Below are positions 20,507 to 30,857 of a stretch of DNA of 64,000 bases, piece after piece (within the stretch, counting starts at the first letter, position 1; each line of letters begins with the position of its first letter). The position numbers and the translations under genes are program-made. Source of the stretch: Oligoflexales bacterium (GTDB lineage: Bacteria > Bdellovibrionota_B > Oligoflexia > Oligoflexales > Bog-1112). The stretch lies in NCBI GenBank assembly GCA_045106415.1, contig JBGCEP010000014.1, positions 1 to 64,000 on the forward strand, given 5' to 3'. Under the pieces are notes generated by a model that saw only the letters and a list, made by a program, of their open reading frames with translations, was not told the DNA's origin and did not search any database.

Positions 20507-22438
20507 CTATAGATGCGGGTTTGAGGGTTTGTTGAGATATGGATAGGACCCTAAATAATGAGTTAAAGAAGTGACGAGAGTCTTTCTTTCGTCTGGATCT
20601 TTAATATGTATATCCGCCTGTTTACCGTAGGAATCAATGATCTCTTTCATATCATAGTTTCTACATGTTAAAAGCTCGTCAGCACAGTCGCCAGGAGTTA
20701 ATTTGCTGATTTCCCAGGTCCCGTCAGCCTTGATGTGAACTTCAACTTCATGGATAGCACCGAAAAGATTGTGCTCGTTTGCCAGGCTTTCTTGATAAGC
20801 ACCGACTAAGAAAAAACCAATATGATACGGATTGCCGTTTGGAGTGTGCAGTTCGAGAGAGTGTTTGATTTTTTGTGTGTCGACAAAACGGTCTAAGCAT
20901 CCGTCGGAGTCACATGTGATGTCCATAATAGTCGCTTTTTGTTGAGGCTTTTCGTCGTGGCGAGCGAGAGGCATCACTGGGAAGAGTTGATCAATAGCCC
21001 ATGAGTCTGGAATGGATTGAAACATTGAGAAGTTTGCGAGATACTTTGTTACTTTGTTTTTTTGAAGAATTTGAAACTCGTCATTTAATCTTGGTTCTGT
21101 GGCTGCAAACTCGAGGACCTTGTTGCAAATGTCTTGATATAAGTGGTCGCCAATAGCTCTTTGATGCAAAGTGAGATAGCCCATTTGAAATAGAGTACCT
21201 AATTCTTCATGATCTTCAGTGGCGTCGTGGTAAAACTCATAATAGTTTTCAGCGTGCATGCTCTGAGCAATTTCTTGAAGATTCGTGAGTGCTTTAGGGT
21301 GGTCGTCTTCTAATGTGTTGAGAGTTTTAAGTTCGTGAGCCTGCAAAGTTTCTCTGCCCTGAACCTCGCGAATATCTGTGACAACAACAGAGTGATAAGC
21401 TGCGATCACGCGGCCTGATTCTGTAACAATATGGGGGCATGCAACTTTTTCTTCTCTACAGACTTCACCGATGACGTAAACAGCGTCATTTGCAAATTCT
21501 TGGAGAGTATAGTTTACGCTCGATTCAGCCGAGGAACGTGATCCATCATAGTCGACACCAACCCCTCCACCGATATTCAAATGAGCAGGCTGAAATCCCA
21601 TGTGAACAGCTTTGGAGTAAACTCGTGCTGCTTCTTTCAGTGCGTTCTTAAATCGTTTGATGGCTGTGACTTGTGAACCAATATGAAAGTGCAACATCTC
21701 AAGGGATTTTTCTTGCCCAATACTTTTAAGATGAGCTAATGCTTGAAAGAGCTCAATCGGTGTGAGGCCAAATTTGGATGTTTCCCCTGATGATTTCTCC
21801 CAACGCCCAGAACCTTTACTGGAAAGGCGAACTCTGAGTCCAATGCTGGGAGTTTTCGATCCTTTAGGAGCTTTCTGCAGTTTGTTGATCATCATTTCGA
21901 GTTCATCGAAGCCTTCAACAATAAGAATGACTTTACGGCCTAAAGCTGAAGCTAGAAAGGCGATCTCGATAAACTCTTCGTCCTTAAAGCCGTTGCAGGT
22001 GAGTAAAGAATCTTCAGGAATTGGGTAGCTTAAAGCGGCGAGAAACTCAGGCTTACTCCCGACCTCAAGACCCCACTTCATGTCTTGACCACAAGAAACA
22101 ATGGCCTCGATGAACTCACGTCGTTGGTTGACCTTAAAAGGAAAAACACCATAATGCCTGCCCGTATAATGAAAGCTTTGAATGGCTTGATCAAAGGAAG
22201 AGTGCATTCTTTTGAGCTGTGTTTTGATAACTTGCGGAAACCTTATAATCAAAGGAGTTTTGAGTTTTGATTGTTCTGCACTGTTGATGACATCATCGAG
22301 TATGACTTGATGTTCGCTGTTCCCTAATGGTTGGCATACGACTTGTCCGGCTGTGTTGATACTAAAGTAGCCAGCACCCCAGTTTTCAACTCCATATTGT
22401 TCTTTTGCCTTTTGGACTTGATCTGTATGGTGTGTCAT
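20507..22438 (-). CDS. speA: Biosynthetic arginine decarboxylase
   Basis: FPFKVNQ (PLP Lys), GLEVGSKPE, HFHIGSQ, DITCDSDG, GAYQE; GGAG before ATG 22438. Confidence 0.95.
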   Translation of the reverse strand: MTHHTDQVQKAKEQYGVENWGAGYFSINTAGQVVCQPLGNSEHQVILDDVINSAEQSKLKTPLIIRFPQVIKTQLKRMHSSFDQAIQSFHYTGRHYGVFPFKVNQRREFIEAIVSCGQDMKWGLEVGSKPEFLAALSYPIPEDSLLTCNGFKDEEFIEIAFLASALGRKVILIVEGFDELEMMINKLQKAPKGSKTPSIGLRVRLSSKGSGRWEKSSGETSKFGLTPIELFQALAHLKSIGQEKSLEMLHFHIGSQVTAIKRFKNALKEAARVYSKAVHMGFQPAHLNIGGGVGVDYDGSRSSAESSVNYTLQEFANDAVYVIGEVCREEKVACPHIVTESGRVIAAYHSVVVTDIREVQGRETLQAHELKTLNTLEDDHPKALTNLQEIAQSMHAENYYEFYHDATEDHEELGTLFQMGYLTLHQRAIGDHLYQDICNKVLEFAATEPRLNDEFQILQKNKVTKYLANFSMFQSIPDSWAIDQLFPVMPLARHDEKPQQKATIMDITCDSDGCLDRFVDTQKIKHSLELHTPNGNPYHIGFFLVGAYQESLANEHNLFGAIHEVEVHIKADGTWEISKLTPGDCADELLTCRNYDMKEIIDSYGKQADIHIKDPDERKTLVTSLTHYLGSYPYLNKPSNPHL

Positions 22439-22577
22439 GTGTTCTCCGTAGGACCGAGCTGTGTCGACAGACAGCGAATTCGTAGTTGTTCTTAGGCGCA
22501 AATGTCCGTTATAAGCCTATGAACAAGGGCGCTCAATGAGCTCCATAAAGTAGCCTTCAACCACGAGCTTGACAAGT

Positions 22578-23150
22578 ATGGAATCGTCATCACCAAAGAT
22601 CCTTTCAGGTTTTTGCAAAGGACTGAAATTAAAAGTAAAAAAGGGTGACTCTGTTCGGCCAACCCCTGTGCGCGTTCGAGAAGCTGTGATGAGCCGTATT
22701 CTAGAGGATCTTGAAGGTGCAACTTTTTGGGATTTATGTGCGGGATCGGGCGCTATGGGTATTGAAGCTATGAGCCGTGGCGCTCATCATGTTTTTTGGG
22801 TGGAGTCGGACAGGCAAGCAGCTTTTCTCCTGAAAGACAATATTGCTTCTGCCCTCCAAAGATTTAAGAACCAAGACTTAGCAGAGCCTGAAACAGGTGT
22901 TCAACTTTGCAATGTTTCTCAAGCTATTGCAAAATTACCAAAAGCATCAGTGATATGGGCAGACCCACCTTGGGCTATGGTTGAGCGAGAACTATTGGCA
23001 TGGGGTGCCCTACTGGATGCAAAACTTGAATCAGGCGGGGTTTTTATTTTGGAGTCAGCCAAGGGAACAGAAATACCTGTATTGCCTTGGGACCTAGAGT
23101 GGAAGCGTAGTTATGGGCAGGCTGAAGTTAGTTTATGGAGGAAAGCATGA
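22578..23150 (+). CDS. rsmD: 16S rRNA m2G966 methyltransferase
   Basis: VRPT..RVREA, DLCAGSGAMGIEAMSRGA, DPPW; adjacent to coaD. Confidence 0.88.
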   Translation: MESSSPKILSGFCKGLKLKVKKGDSVRPTPVRVREAVMSRILEDLEGATFWDLCAGSGAMGIEAMSRGAHHVFWVESDRQAAFLLKDNIASALQRFKNQDLAEPETGVQLCNVSQAIAKLPKASVIWADPPWAMVERELLAWGALLDAKLESGGVFILESAKGTEIPVLPWDLEWKRSYGQAEVSLWRKA

Positions 23151-23626
23151 AAGCAGCTTATTTAGGTTCGTTTGACCCTATGACATTGGGTCATCTTGAT
23201 GTTATCAAACGAGCGGCACGTATGTGCGATGAGCTGGTTGTTGGGGTTGGCTGGAATCCGTCGAAGAAGGAATTTATTCCTGTTGAAAAACGAATTGAGA
23301 CTTTAAAGCAGGTTTGTTGTGACCTTCCTCAGGTGCGAGTTTTAAAATTTTCTGGTTTGGCTGTAGATTTTGCGAAAGAAGCTGGGGTCCAAACGATTGT
23401 GCGTGGTTTGCGAACAGAGGCGGACTATGTCTATGAAATGCAGATGGCGCTCATGAACCGTACGCTTGCAGATGATGTGGATACAATTTTTATACCGACA
23501 GCTCAAGAATACTGCCATATTTCTTCCTCTTTAGTAAAGCAAATCGCGATGTTAAAAGGTGACGTGAGTCGTCTTGTCCCTCCTTGTGTTGCTGAATTTT
23601 TAATTGAACAATCCTCTGATGGGTAA
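23147..23626 (+). CDS. coaD: Phosphopantetheine adenylyltransferase
   Basis: GSFDPMTLGH, VRGLR, ISSSLVK. Confidence 0.95.
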   Translation: MKAAYLGSFDPMTLGHLDVIKRAARMCDELVVGVGWNPSKKEFIPVEKRIETLKQVCCDLPQVRVLKFSGLAVDFAKEAGVQTIVRGLRTEADYVYEMQMALMNRTLADDVDTIFIPTAQEYCHISSSLVKQIAMLKGDVSRLVPPCVAEFLIEQSSDG

Positions 23627-23673
23627 AAATTTGCCTGGCGAGAAAATATTCTAGGGTGCCGATCCTAGATCTG

Positions 23674-25995
23674 ATGAAGCCTTTTATCTTTATACTCCTT
23701 TTTTTGATCTTTTTGCCTCCGATAAAGGCAGTTGGCCGAGCTTTGCCGCGGGTTATGAAAATTCCTCCTGTTGTGAGCGTTGTAGAGGAAGATGCACCTG
23801 TTGAAGTCTTTATAGAAGCTTCTGGGGCAAAAGAAATTGAATGGCAGCATCAGCAAAAAAAAATCTGCAAAGAGAAAAAATGTGCTTTTGAGACAAAAAA
23901 TTGGACGCGCGGGCGACATCATATTTTAGTGAATTTGAATAATGCTGTAGGTGGAGTACAGTTTTCTTTTAATATCGATATTGTTGAAAGAGGATTTGGT
24001 AAAAAAATTGAAACGGTGACCTTAGAGAACGTTCGCGCTGATAAACATCGACTTTATGAATTTAAAAAAAGTGGAAGTATTGCAAAAGTCATTCGTGGTC
24101 GTGGTTTTGTTACGATCGATGATCGAGTGACTTTATTGCAGTCGACGGGGCAAGTCATACAATGGAAAGGTGAGAGGCTGCATGCCTCTGGTGATGGTAT
24201 TTTTCATATTCAAGGAAATAAAGAAGAGTACTTTGCTTTCCCAGGGGCAATTATTTTTTTAAATAAATACAAATCATCTCAATATATCGACCTTAGGCGA
24301 GGTTGGCTTCGATCACGATTTTTTAAGAAAAAGCCAAAAACCCATATTCTGGCGGGATGGTTAGATGTGATGCCGGGAGATTCAAGTGATTTTATTGTGA
24401 GATTACGAAAAAATGGAATGATTGATATTGTTGTTTTGCGAGGTTTGGTGCGAGCGCATTGGTTTGATCAAGAAGGTCAAGGTCGAGAACAGGTGATTGC
24501 TTATCATCACCATGCGTATATGACAGAAAAAAAAGGCCAGATATTAGTACAACGTTTGTCTCATCTGGAGATAGAAAAGCTAGTTGCGAGTTCTACCCCG
24601 GGACTTCTTATTGTTGAGCCTGACGAAGATGATTATACTTTTGTCCGTCCATCAAAAAATGCAAAATCTGCTATGAAAAGATATAGCTCTTCTCCTGATG
24701 ATTCTGTTGCAAATCTGCAAATACTCATGCCTTTTGTGAGAGATGATGAGGCAAAAGATGACATGCTTCTTGCGACATCGCGATCAAGCCAGCATTTGGG
24801 ACTTTATGAACAGTCGAAAACTTTGTTAGAGGAGCTGGATGATGAAGTGGAAGCGTCTTACTGGGAAGCTCAAATGCAGCTTTCTCGTTTGAATTTTCAA
24901 AAATCGGCAGATCTTTTAGATGTTGCGTCAGACTTTGAGGCTCAACGGGATACTTTGAACTATTATCAAGGGGTCGCAGAATATCATACAGGAGACCCTC
25001 GCTCTGCAAAGGTCTATTTTCAAAAGTCGCTATGGGAACGTTCCGAAGGACCTATTGCGGATTCGAGCCGAAAGTTTATTCATGCAGTCCATCAGAGAAT
25101 ACCGTATGAGTTGCGTACATATGGTGGTTTAATCAGAAATAATCAAGTTTTAGGTCTTCAACCTGAAGCTGAAGCACCAAAGGGTATTGTGTCAAGAAGC
25201 AGTCTAGGTTTTTCTTATGACGTTGAAATGATAATCCCTTATACACGGAACTGGAGAGGATATTTAGAGTTTATAACTGGAAGCCAAGGTGTCCTGTATT
25301 TTGAGTCACAGCTGCAGAGTGCAAGTACTTTTGATGCGTCCGCTTCTATGCGAGCAGAGTTAAAAGCTGGTGGGGTAAAAAAAGGAGAGAGTTTATTTGC
25401 GTTGCGTGCTGAACCTGCTCTTCGATCTGTACTTGTGGGGTCAGCAAGAGCTGCTGATCAATTGGAAACAAATTGGGAAGTTCAGTTTTTAAGACTATGG
25501 TCACGGCCAGGTTGGAGGTACCAAAAAATTCAAACTATAGACCCTCAGCCGACGATTGATGATGCTTTAGATATTGTGCTTGATGAAGCTGTTCCAGCAA
25601 ATGATCGATCTGTGGTGTCATGGCAGCATTTCTGGTTTATGGAGCCTTATCGTCATAGGGATGTCGTATCTGACTTATATCTTAGAGTTAAAGAGGCAAA
25701 CTACACAAATGCTGCAGTTAAAGATTCTTTTAAAGATGTTGATGTCGGACTAAAATTAGAGTGGCAGTTTGATCCTCGTTGGAGTTTTATGATGAACCTT
25801 GAACGAGGGACGCGGCATTTTTTAGCTAAAGAAAGAGTTGATCAAAAAAATATTCTTGATCTTCGAGGTGAGCTCCGTTTGCATCCAAGATGGTTTTTTC
25901 ATGCTGGTATGAAACAGGTGAACCAAACCTCTAGTGAAGAGAGTTATTCTATTCAAAAACAAATTTTATCATCAGGGTTTGTCATACAGTATTAA
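23674..25995 (+). CDS. Exported multidomain protein: Ig-like, FecR-like, TPR and probable C-terminal beta-barrel
   Basis: Signal peptide; DLRRGWLRS and IVVLRGLVRA FecR-like strands; YYQGVAEYHTGD..AKVYF TPR; alternating beta strands ending GFVIQY. Confidence 0.5.
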   Translation: MKPFIFILLFLIFLPPIKAVGRALPRVMKIPPVVSVVEEDAPVEVFIEASGAKEIEWQHQQKKICKEKKCAFETKNWTRGRHHILVNLNNAVGGVQFSFNIDIVERGFGKKIETVTLENVRADKHRLYEFKKSGSIAKVIRGRGFVTIDDRVTLLQSTGQVIQWKGERLHASGDGIFHIQGNKEEYFAFPGAIIFLNKYKSSQYIDLRRGWLRSRFFKKKPKTHILAGWLDVMPGDSSDFIVRLRKNGMIDIVVLRGLVRAHWFDQEGQGREQVIAYHHHAYMTEKKGQILVQRLSHLEIEKLVASSTPGLLIVEPDEDDYTFVRPSKNAKSAMKRYSSSPDDSVANLQILMPFVRDDEAKDDMLLATSRSSQHLGLYEQSKTLLEELDDEVEASYWEAQMQLSRLNFQKSADLLDVASDFEAQRDTLNYYQGVAEYHTGDPRSAKVYFQKSLWERSEGPIADSSRKFIHAVHQRIPYELRTYGGLIRNNQVLGLQPEAEAPKGIVSRSSLGFSYDVEMIIPYTRNWRGYLEFITGSQGVLYFESQLQSASTFDASASMRAELKAGGVKKGESLFALRAEPALRSVLVGSARAADQLETNWEVQFLRLWSRPGWRYQKIQTIDPQPTIDDALDIVLDEAVPANDRSVVSWQHFWFMEPYRHRDVVSDLYLRVKEANYTNAAVKDSFKDVDVGLKLEWQFDPRWSFMMNLERGTRHFLAKERVDQKNILDLRGELRLHPRWFFHAGMKQVNQTSSEESYSIQKQILSSGFVIQY

Positions 25996-26282
25996 TGATT
26001 TTTTCTTTTGGTGAATAAGTTCTTGCATGTTGCTTTTTTATGCTAAAAAAAATTGAATTTCTAACATTAAATATCATAAACGATAAAGTACAGATCATGA
26101 ACTATGCATGGTGTTGAAGATTAGCGTTATACTGAAATTTATGATCTATATGTTGAACATTAGCTATAAGATAGTATGTTTTGATGTCTTGAATGATCGT
26201 TCTTAGTTTTACAAAACTTTCATAAAATTTATGAATTTTCAGAATATTGTCATAAAAATTTTTATTGTAGAAATACATTTTG

Positions 26283-27107
26283 TTAAAAAGATGTATTAAA
26301 TAGATCGACGTTGATCTGTCTTTTTATGTCTCGACTAAGGTAAGGGCTTAAGTACTTTATGCTGGGTCGCCATGAGTGGAATTGAAAGCTCAATGTGGCT
26401 TCATAGCGATTTTTTTTCAATGTATTGATAGGTGATGTGTATAGGCGAGAACCTAAAATACGCCTTGATTTTGTTTGTAAGCTTATGCGGAAATCTTTGG
26501 TTGCTTGATAGTTCATAAGAAAGGCTGCTCCATATTCTCGGAGGGCTGGGTCATCTGCATACTCTATTGTGATTTCTGTATAGATATGTCTACTCTGGCT
26601 TAAAATATAACCTGCTAATGCAGTTCCGCCGACCTCCAGGCTTTTTCTCTGGTCTTCATATGTTAGCCAAGAGTAATGACAATTTAAATTCTTATGGAGT
26701 GATGTCTGAAAGTTGCGAATTCCTTTGTTACCAAAATGACCAAAGCTTAGACTGCCTCCTATAATCCACTGATGATAACGAGAAAGAGTAGCGCTTTCTA
26801 GGCTCATCCAATCTGCCCAAACTCCCGCCCATTGAGGAGAGTTAGAGCACTCCTCTGTTGGAGTGATTGCTCGCCAGCGGAATGCAAGCTCATGCTCTTT
26901 ATGAGTATAAGTAGCATGTAAACTTCCTGTCATGAGCTTGTCAGTGCCCCCAAAGTAATCGTTCGTTTGTGGATGGATTCTTATCTCTTTGTTTTGACAT
27001 TGTCCAAGGTTTGATATTTCTCCAACTGTACCTTGCGTTCGAGCGCAAGGTTTTGAAAAACTTGTGTTGGAAAAGCTAAGCAATATAAAGGAAAAAAAGA
27101 AGTACAC
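26283..27107 (-). CDS. Outer-membrane beta-barrel protein, LpxR (lipid A 3-O-deacylase, DUF2219)-like
   Basis: Signal peptide, NDYFGGTDKLMTG, ITP, QTSLH..L...W..EDQ, C-terminal Phe. Confidence 0.5.
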   Translation of the reverse strand: MYFFFSFILLSFSNTSFSKPCARTQGTVGEISNLGQCQNKEIRIHPQTNDYFGGTDKLMTGSLHATYTHKEHELAFRWRAITPTEECSNSPQWAGVWADWMSLESATLSRYHQWIIGGSLSFGHFGNKGIRNFQTSLHKNLNCHYSWLTYEDQRKSLEVGGTALAGYILSQSRHIYTEITIEYADDPALREYGAAFLMNYQATKDFRISLQTKSRRILGSRLYTSPINTLKKNRYEATLSFQFHSWRPSIKYLSPYLSRDIKRQINVDLFNTSF

Positions 27108-27149
27108 ATTTGCGCCACGACACAGAAGTTAATGAAGAGATGAACTCAC

Positions 27150-27177
27150 TTATCGGATGAACGCCCTTAAAAATTGA
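27150..27177 (-). promoter_or_regulatory. Putative sigma28-type promoter for the LpxR-like gene
   Basis: TCAA-N16-TCCGATAA on minus strand. Confidence 0.55.
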
Positions 27178-27394
27178 GTTTTTTTGCATAAAGTCTTTTT
27201 TGTCCTTAAGAATAAAGTATTTACAGAAAGGGGTGGTGTTGTTTTTGTTTAAATGGAGGTGGTAGTAGCAGTGATTTTTGCAGCGGCAAAATGACAACTG
27301 TAAGACAATGAAATAAAAAAGAATTAATTTAATTAAAAGTGAATTTGTAGCATGAATTAATTTGTATAAATTTATCTCATAATCTGTCCAGATC

Positions 27395-27790
27395 TTAACT
27401 CCACTTCACAGTTGGTTTTTCGTCCGTGCAAAGGGGGAGATTTTTGGCGAACCTTGTGGGAATAATCATGGTTTTTGAGGATATTTTTTGAAGCCATGAG
27501 ATTGCATTCTTTGAGTGAGTTTTGACCCATAAAGGGTGCGTGTATACGACTGTTGTTGGCGGTAAATCAAAAACGCACCATGGTTGCTTTTGATGAGAGA
27601 GAGTAAGCGAAATTTTATCTTTTTGATGAAGGTTTTCTTTCTCAGGTATTTGAGAGCTCTTTATCTGTATGAGGTGATGGTTGTCGTGAAATCCACCGAT
27701 CTGATGAATCCCTTTTTTATTTTGTACATTTGAGAGTAAAAAACCTCCTAATAGACAAAGAAGGTGTGTTGTAGCTAATGATGTTTTCAT
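27395..27790 (-). CDS. Hypothetical protein with N-terminal hydrophobic segment
   Basis: AAGGA before ATG 27790; ATGA overlap with upstream ORF. Confidence 0.55.
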   Translation of the reverse strand: MKTSLATTHLLCLLGGFLLSNVQNKKGIHQIGGFHDNHHLIQIKSSQIPEKENLHQKDKISLTLSHQKQPWCVFDLPPTTVVYTHPLWVKTHSKNAISWLQKISSKTMIIPTRFAKNLPLCTDEKPTVKWS

Positions 27791-28164
27791 AATGTCCTTG
27801 GAGATGCTGTTAACCCAGGAGCCCATAAAGGCCAATGTTTAGGGAAATGTCGGTTCTTTTTTTGTCGTGCTTGAGCTTGAAAACCAAGGCATTTGATTTT
27901 TTTGCAGTCCCTAAGGTCGTATTTGTGAAGAAAATCATTTTTTTTCAGATGAACTTTACTTGGAGTTTGGAATGGGAAAAGATGTGTGAGAGCGTTTTCG
28001 GTATTGTGCTCAAAGCTAAGTTGATACGCACAATATGCAAGAGCGTATTCACATGATTGCTGCTGCGTTGCAGTGTGTTGTATTTTTTCGTGCCACTTTA
28101 AGGTTAAATCGATAAGGTGTAAGGCAAAACAAAAATAGAATATGATGTAGAAAATATGAAGCAT
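27787..28164 (-). CDS. Hypothetical protein with N-terminal TM and Cys pairs
   Basis: AGGAGG RBS upstream; coupled to the downstream ORF. Confidence 0.55.
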   Translation of the reverse strand: MLHIFYIIFYFCFALHLIDLTLKWHEKIQHTATQQQSCEYALAYCAYQLSFEHNTENALTHLFPFQTPSKVHLKKNDFLHKYDLRDCKKIKCLGFQAQARQKKNRHFPKHWPLWAPGLTASPRTL

Positions 28165-28268
28165 CGTTCCTCCTGTGTTTTTACGAAGCCTATCACGGTA
28201 GTGCTGAAGGAGGGAGAGACATCTGTAGTGATGAATGTTTGTGCCGTAAGGCTTTGGGAGGAGAAAGT

Positions 28269-30584
28269 ATGTCTCAGGATTTTTCGAAAAAGAGTGTTAT
28301 TGAAGATTATAAAATATCTTATCAAAGTCGTCAGTTGAGTTTGATTGGTCGTCGAGAAGTGCTCGGTGGTAAGGCAAAGTTTGGTATTTTTGGAGATGGT
28401 AAAGAGGTGGCTCAAGTAGCCATGGTTCATAGTATGAAAGCTGGTGATTGGCGTTCAGGCTATTATCGCGATCAAACAATGATGTTAGCTGCTGGTTTGA
28501 CGACATTAGAACAGCAATTTGCACAACTTTATGCCGACCCTTTCCATGATGTTGCAACGTCAGGTAGACAAATGAATGCACACTTTGCGACGCGCTTTAT
28601 AGATACAGATGGAACATGGCTTTCTCAGAGAAATCAGATAAACTCAGCGGCTGACCTATCCCCAACAGCAGCTCAGATGATTAAAGCTCTTGGTCTTGCG
28701 TATGCTTCGAAAATTTATAAAGCTAAACAAACTCAAAATAATTTTACCCACAGTGGAACAGAAGTCACTTTTGCAACCATTGGTAATGCATCAACAAGTG
28801 AGGGTGTCTTCTGGGAAACTGTGAATGCGGCAGGTGTTTTACAAGTTCCTCTCGTCGTGTCTGTTTGGGATGATGCATACGGTATTTCCGTATATCAAGA
28901 TAAACAAACAACAAAAGGCAGTATTAGTGAAGTTTTATCTGGCTTTAAAAATACAAAAGATAAACATGATGGCTATAGAATTTTTACGGTGCAAGGGCAT
29001 GACTATGCAGGCTTAAGATCTGTATACGAAGAAGCTGCAGAGTGGAGCAGAAAGCATCATAATCCTTGCCTTGTTCACGTTATAGAACTGACGCAACCCC
29101 AAGGGCATTCGACAAGCGGATCACATGAGCGATATAAATCAAATGCGCGCTTGGAATGGGAAAAAGAGTGGGATGCGTTGAGGCAAATGCGTTTTTGGAT
29201 TTTGAATAAAGGATACTCTACAGAAGCAGCCTTGGAGAAAAAAGAAAAAATTTGGTTAGAAGAAGTTGAGAAGGCAAGAGAATATTCTTGGGAGAGGTTT
29301 CAAGAACCAGTACAAAAGAAGTGTGATTTTGCAAAAGATCTCTTACAAAAAACCGCTAAAGATTGTGATGTTGATTGTCATGACTTACTTAATCGTTTAA
29401 ATACACCGTCGGTTGGAATTAAAAATACAATCCAAGTTTTAAGACAAGCGTCTTGGCGGATGGAAAACGATGATCTTCAAAGTTTTCTTCAAGAACTACA
29501 GGAAAGTTATCAGAATATTTATAGTCTTCATTTATGTACAGAACACAAGTCTTCACCATTACTGGTAGAGCATATTCCAGCGCGTTTAAGTGATCAAAAA
29601 GTAGATGGTAGAGAAATACTGGTTCAATATTTTGATGGCCTTCTTAAAAAAGATGAGCGTGTTTTTGTGCTTGGAGAAGATGTTGGGCAACTCGGTGGAG
29701 TCAATCTGGAGTTTGAAGGCTTGCAAGAAAAACACGGAGATTTACGCGTAAGTGATACTGGAATTCGAGAAGCTACAATTCTTGGTCAGGGTTTTGGAGC
29801 TTCTATGCGGGGGCTTAAGCCTATCGTTGATATCCAGTATTTAGATTATTTACTTTACTGTTTACAATCCTTATCAGACGATGTTGCGACTTTACACTAC
29901 CGAACAGCTGGTCGTCAGTCGGCTCCTGTGATTGTTCGCACAAAAGGTCATCGCCTTGAAGGGGTCTGGCATACAGGATCTCCTCTGGGAATGATTCTCC
30001 ATGCTCTGCGAGGTATGCATGTTTGTGTTCCCAGAAATATGACTCAAGCTGCAGGTTTTTATCAAACTTTATTTCAAGGTGATGACCCAGCATTAGTTAT
30101 TGAGGTGTTAAATGGTTATAGAGTTAAAGAACATATGCCGGAAAATTTAGGGGAATACACTGTACCTTTAGGTCAATGTGAAGTTCTCACAAATGGCGAT
30201 GATTTAACTCTAGTTACCTACGGTGCATGTGTTCGTATTGCATTGGAGGCTTCTCAAATATTAAAAGTGCAGGGGATCAGCGTTGAGGTTGTTGATGTGC
30301 AATGTCTGTTGCCGTTTGATCTTGATCATAGAATTGTTCACTCTATCCAAAAAACATCACGTCTTTTGATTCTAGACGAGGATGTCCCCGGAGGGGCCAG
30401 CGCATATATGTTGCAAAAGATCTTGGAGGAACAGGGAGGTTTTGACTACCTTGATGAGCCAGTGAAAACTTTAACGGGTCAAGCTCATCGATCTGCATAT
30501 GGGAGTGATGGTGATTATTTTTGTAAACCTAATGTGGAAGACGTATGTGAGGCAGCAGCTTCAATGTTAAGAGCTAATGGATAG
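28269..30584 (+). CDS. Fused E1 alpha/beta 2-oxoacid (likely branched-chain) dehydrogenase
   Basis: KAKFGIFGDGKE, GNASTSEG, GHSTSGSHERYK, GEDVG, DTGIREATI. Confidence 0.9.
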   Translation: MSQDFSKKSVIEDYKISYQSRQLSLIGRREVLGGKAKFGIFGDGKEVAQVAMVHSMKAGDWRSGYYRDQTMMLAAGLTTLEQQFAQLYADPFHDVATSGRQMNAHFATRFIDTDGTWLSQRNQINSAADLSPTAAQMIKALGLAYASKIYKAKQTQNNFTHSGTEVTFATIGNASTSEGVFWETVNAAGVLQVPLVVSVWDDAYGISVYQDKQTTKGSISEVLSGFKNTKDKHDGYRIFTVQGHDYAGLRSVYEEAAEWSRKHHNPCLVHVIELTQPQGHSTSGSHERYKSNARLEWEKEWDALRQMRFWILNKGYSTEAALEKKEKIWLEEVEKAREYSWERFQEPVQKKCDFAKDLLQKTAKDCDVDCHDLLNRLNTPSVGIKNTIQVLRQASWRMENDDLQSFLQELQESYQNIYSLHLCTEHKSSPLLVEHIPARLSDQKVDGREILVQYFDGLLKKDERVFVLGEDVGQLGGVNLEFEGLQEKHGDLRVSDTGIREATILGQGFGASMRGLKPIVDIQYLDYLLYCLQSLSDDVATLHYRTAGRQSAPVIVRTKGHRLEGVWHTGSPLGMILHALRGMHVCVPRNMTQAAGFYQTLFQGDDPALVIEVLNGYRVKEHMPENLGEYTVPLGQCEVLTNGDDLTLVTYGACVRIALEASQILKVQGISVEVVDVQCLLPFDLDHRIVHSIQKTSRLLILDEDVPGGASAYMLQKILEEQGGFDYLDEPVKTLTGQAHRSAYGSDGDYFCKPNVEDVCEAAASMLRANG

Positions 30585-30833
30585 ATTTTTCATCAAATTC
30601 TTAATAAATAGATGCTTTAAGTATCTGTTATTAAATGGTTTAATTTGTTTTTAAGTTTTTGTCGTGAAATATATAAAGACTCGTATATGATTCACTCAAC
30701 TTACCTTAAGGGCGTTGTTTTGAAAGACAAAATGATTCAGTAGCGTTGTATCATACCTGGCAGCTCAGCCCTTATGTCCTCATGTTTTGCTTACCTTTTC
30801 CGTATACAACGCTTTCATTTTAGATCTTTTCAT

Positions 30834-30857
30834 GTGAGCATGCGTAAGCATGCTCGC
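30834..30857. terminator. Hairpin between convergent genes
   Basis: GAGCATGC-gtaa-GCATGCTC directly after the stop of the PabB-like gene. Confidence 0.55.

Noticed and set aside
25996..26282. AT-rich spacer with short palindromes (TCATAAAATTTATGA)
   Set aside because: Expected at this base composition; no regular periodicity or clear DnaA boxes
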